Shown here one piece after another: positions 63,923 to 64,000 of a stretch of 64,000 bases of DNA (positions are counted from its first letter, which is position 1; each line of letters starts with the position of its first letter). The notes beneath the pieces were generated by a model. That model searched no databases. It was not told the DNA's origin and saw only the letters and a list, made by a program, of their open reading frames with translations. Location of the stretch: the NCBI GenBank assembly GCA_030324005.1, contig JARDVH010000059.1:62294501-62358500 (forward strand), given 5' to 3'. Made by a program: the position numbers and the translations under genes. The DNA comes from Negaprion brevirostris. Its lineage: Eukaryota.

Positions 63923-64000
63923 CCAAAACTGTATATTGGCCGACGAAATGGGGTTAGGGAAGACTATCCAATCTATTACATTTCTGTATGAAATGTACTT
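63923..64000 (+). CDS. CHD7: CHD7 coding exon (exon 12 equivalent), partial; SNF2 ATPase motif I (Walker A)
   Basis: ttttcag|C CAA AAC...; [25 protein letters not shown]; runs off the window end. Confidence 0.97.

Noticed and set aside
1-64000. Prokaryotic-type systems (CRISPR arrays, operons, defence islands, riboswitches)
   Set aside because: The window is spliceosomal-intron-rich vertebrate DNA; no regularly spaced repeat-spacer array or bacterial ORFs are present.

Overview
AT-rich, CpG-depleted vertebrate DNA from a draft assembly with many N gaps. The repeat content (HE1-type tRNA SINEs, CR1/HER1, L2 and Rex-Babar LINEs, Deu-domain SINEs, Penelope-like elements) points to a shark. The whole window lies inside one + strand gene, the chromatin remodeler CHD7. 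Nine coding exons (equivalent to human exons 4-12, the last cut off by the window end) splice in one open frame with GT-AG boundaries and encode the basic linker, both chromodomains and the start of the SNF2 ATPase (ADEMGLGKT). The first ~28 kb is one long intron. None of the supplied ORFs is a real gene; they are chance ORFs, gap artefacts or decayed retroelement fragments. The most interesting non-coding signals are: (i) two strong YnCAG|GTRAGT sites (3610/3611 and 45744/45745) with recursive-splice/poison-exon architecture; (ii) a duplicated or triplicated ~80-nt hairpin-like motif at 9.85-11.0 kb that I cannot assign to a family; (iii) a palindromic Penelope-like insertion with a hammerhead-ribozyme relic and a 12-bp TSD 50 nt after exon 8. 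All are hypotheses from reading the sequence by eye. Repeat family names come from recalled consensus sequences and repeat boundaries are approximate.
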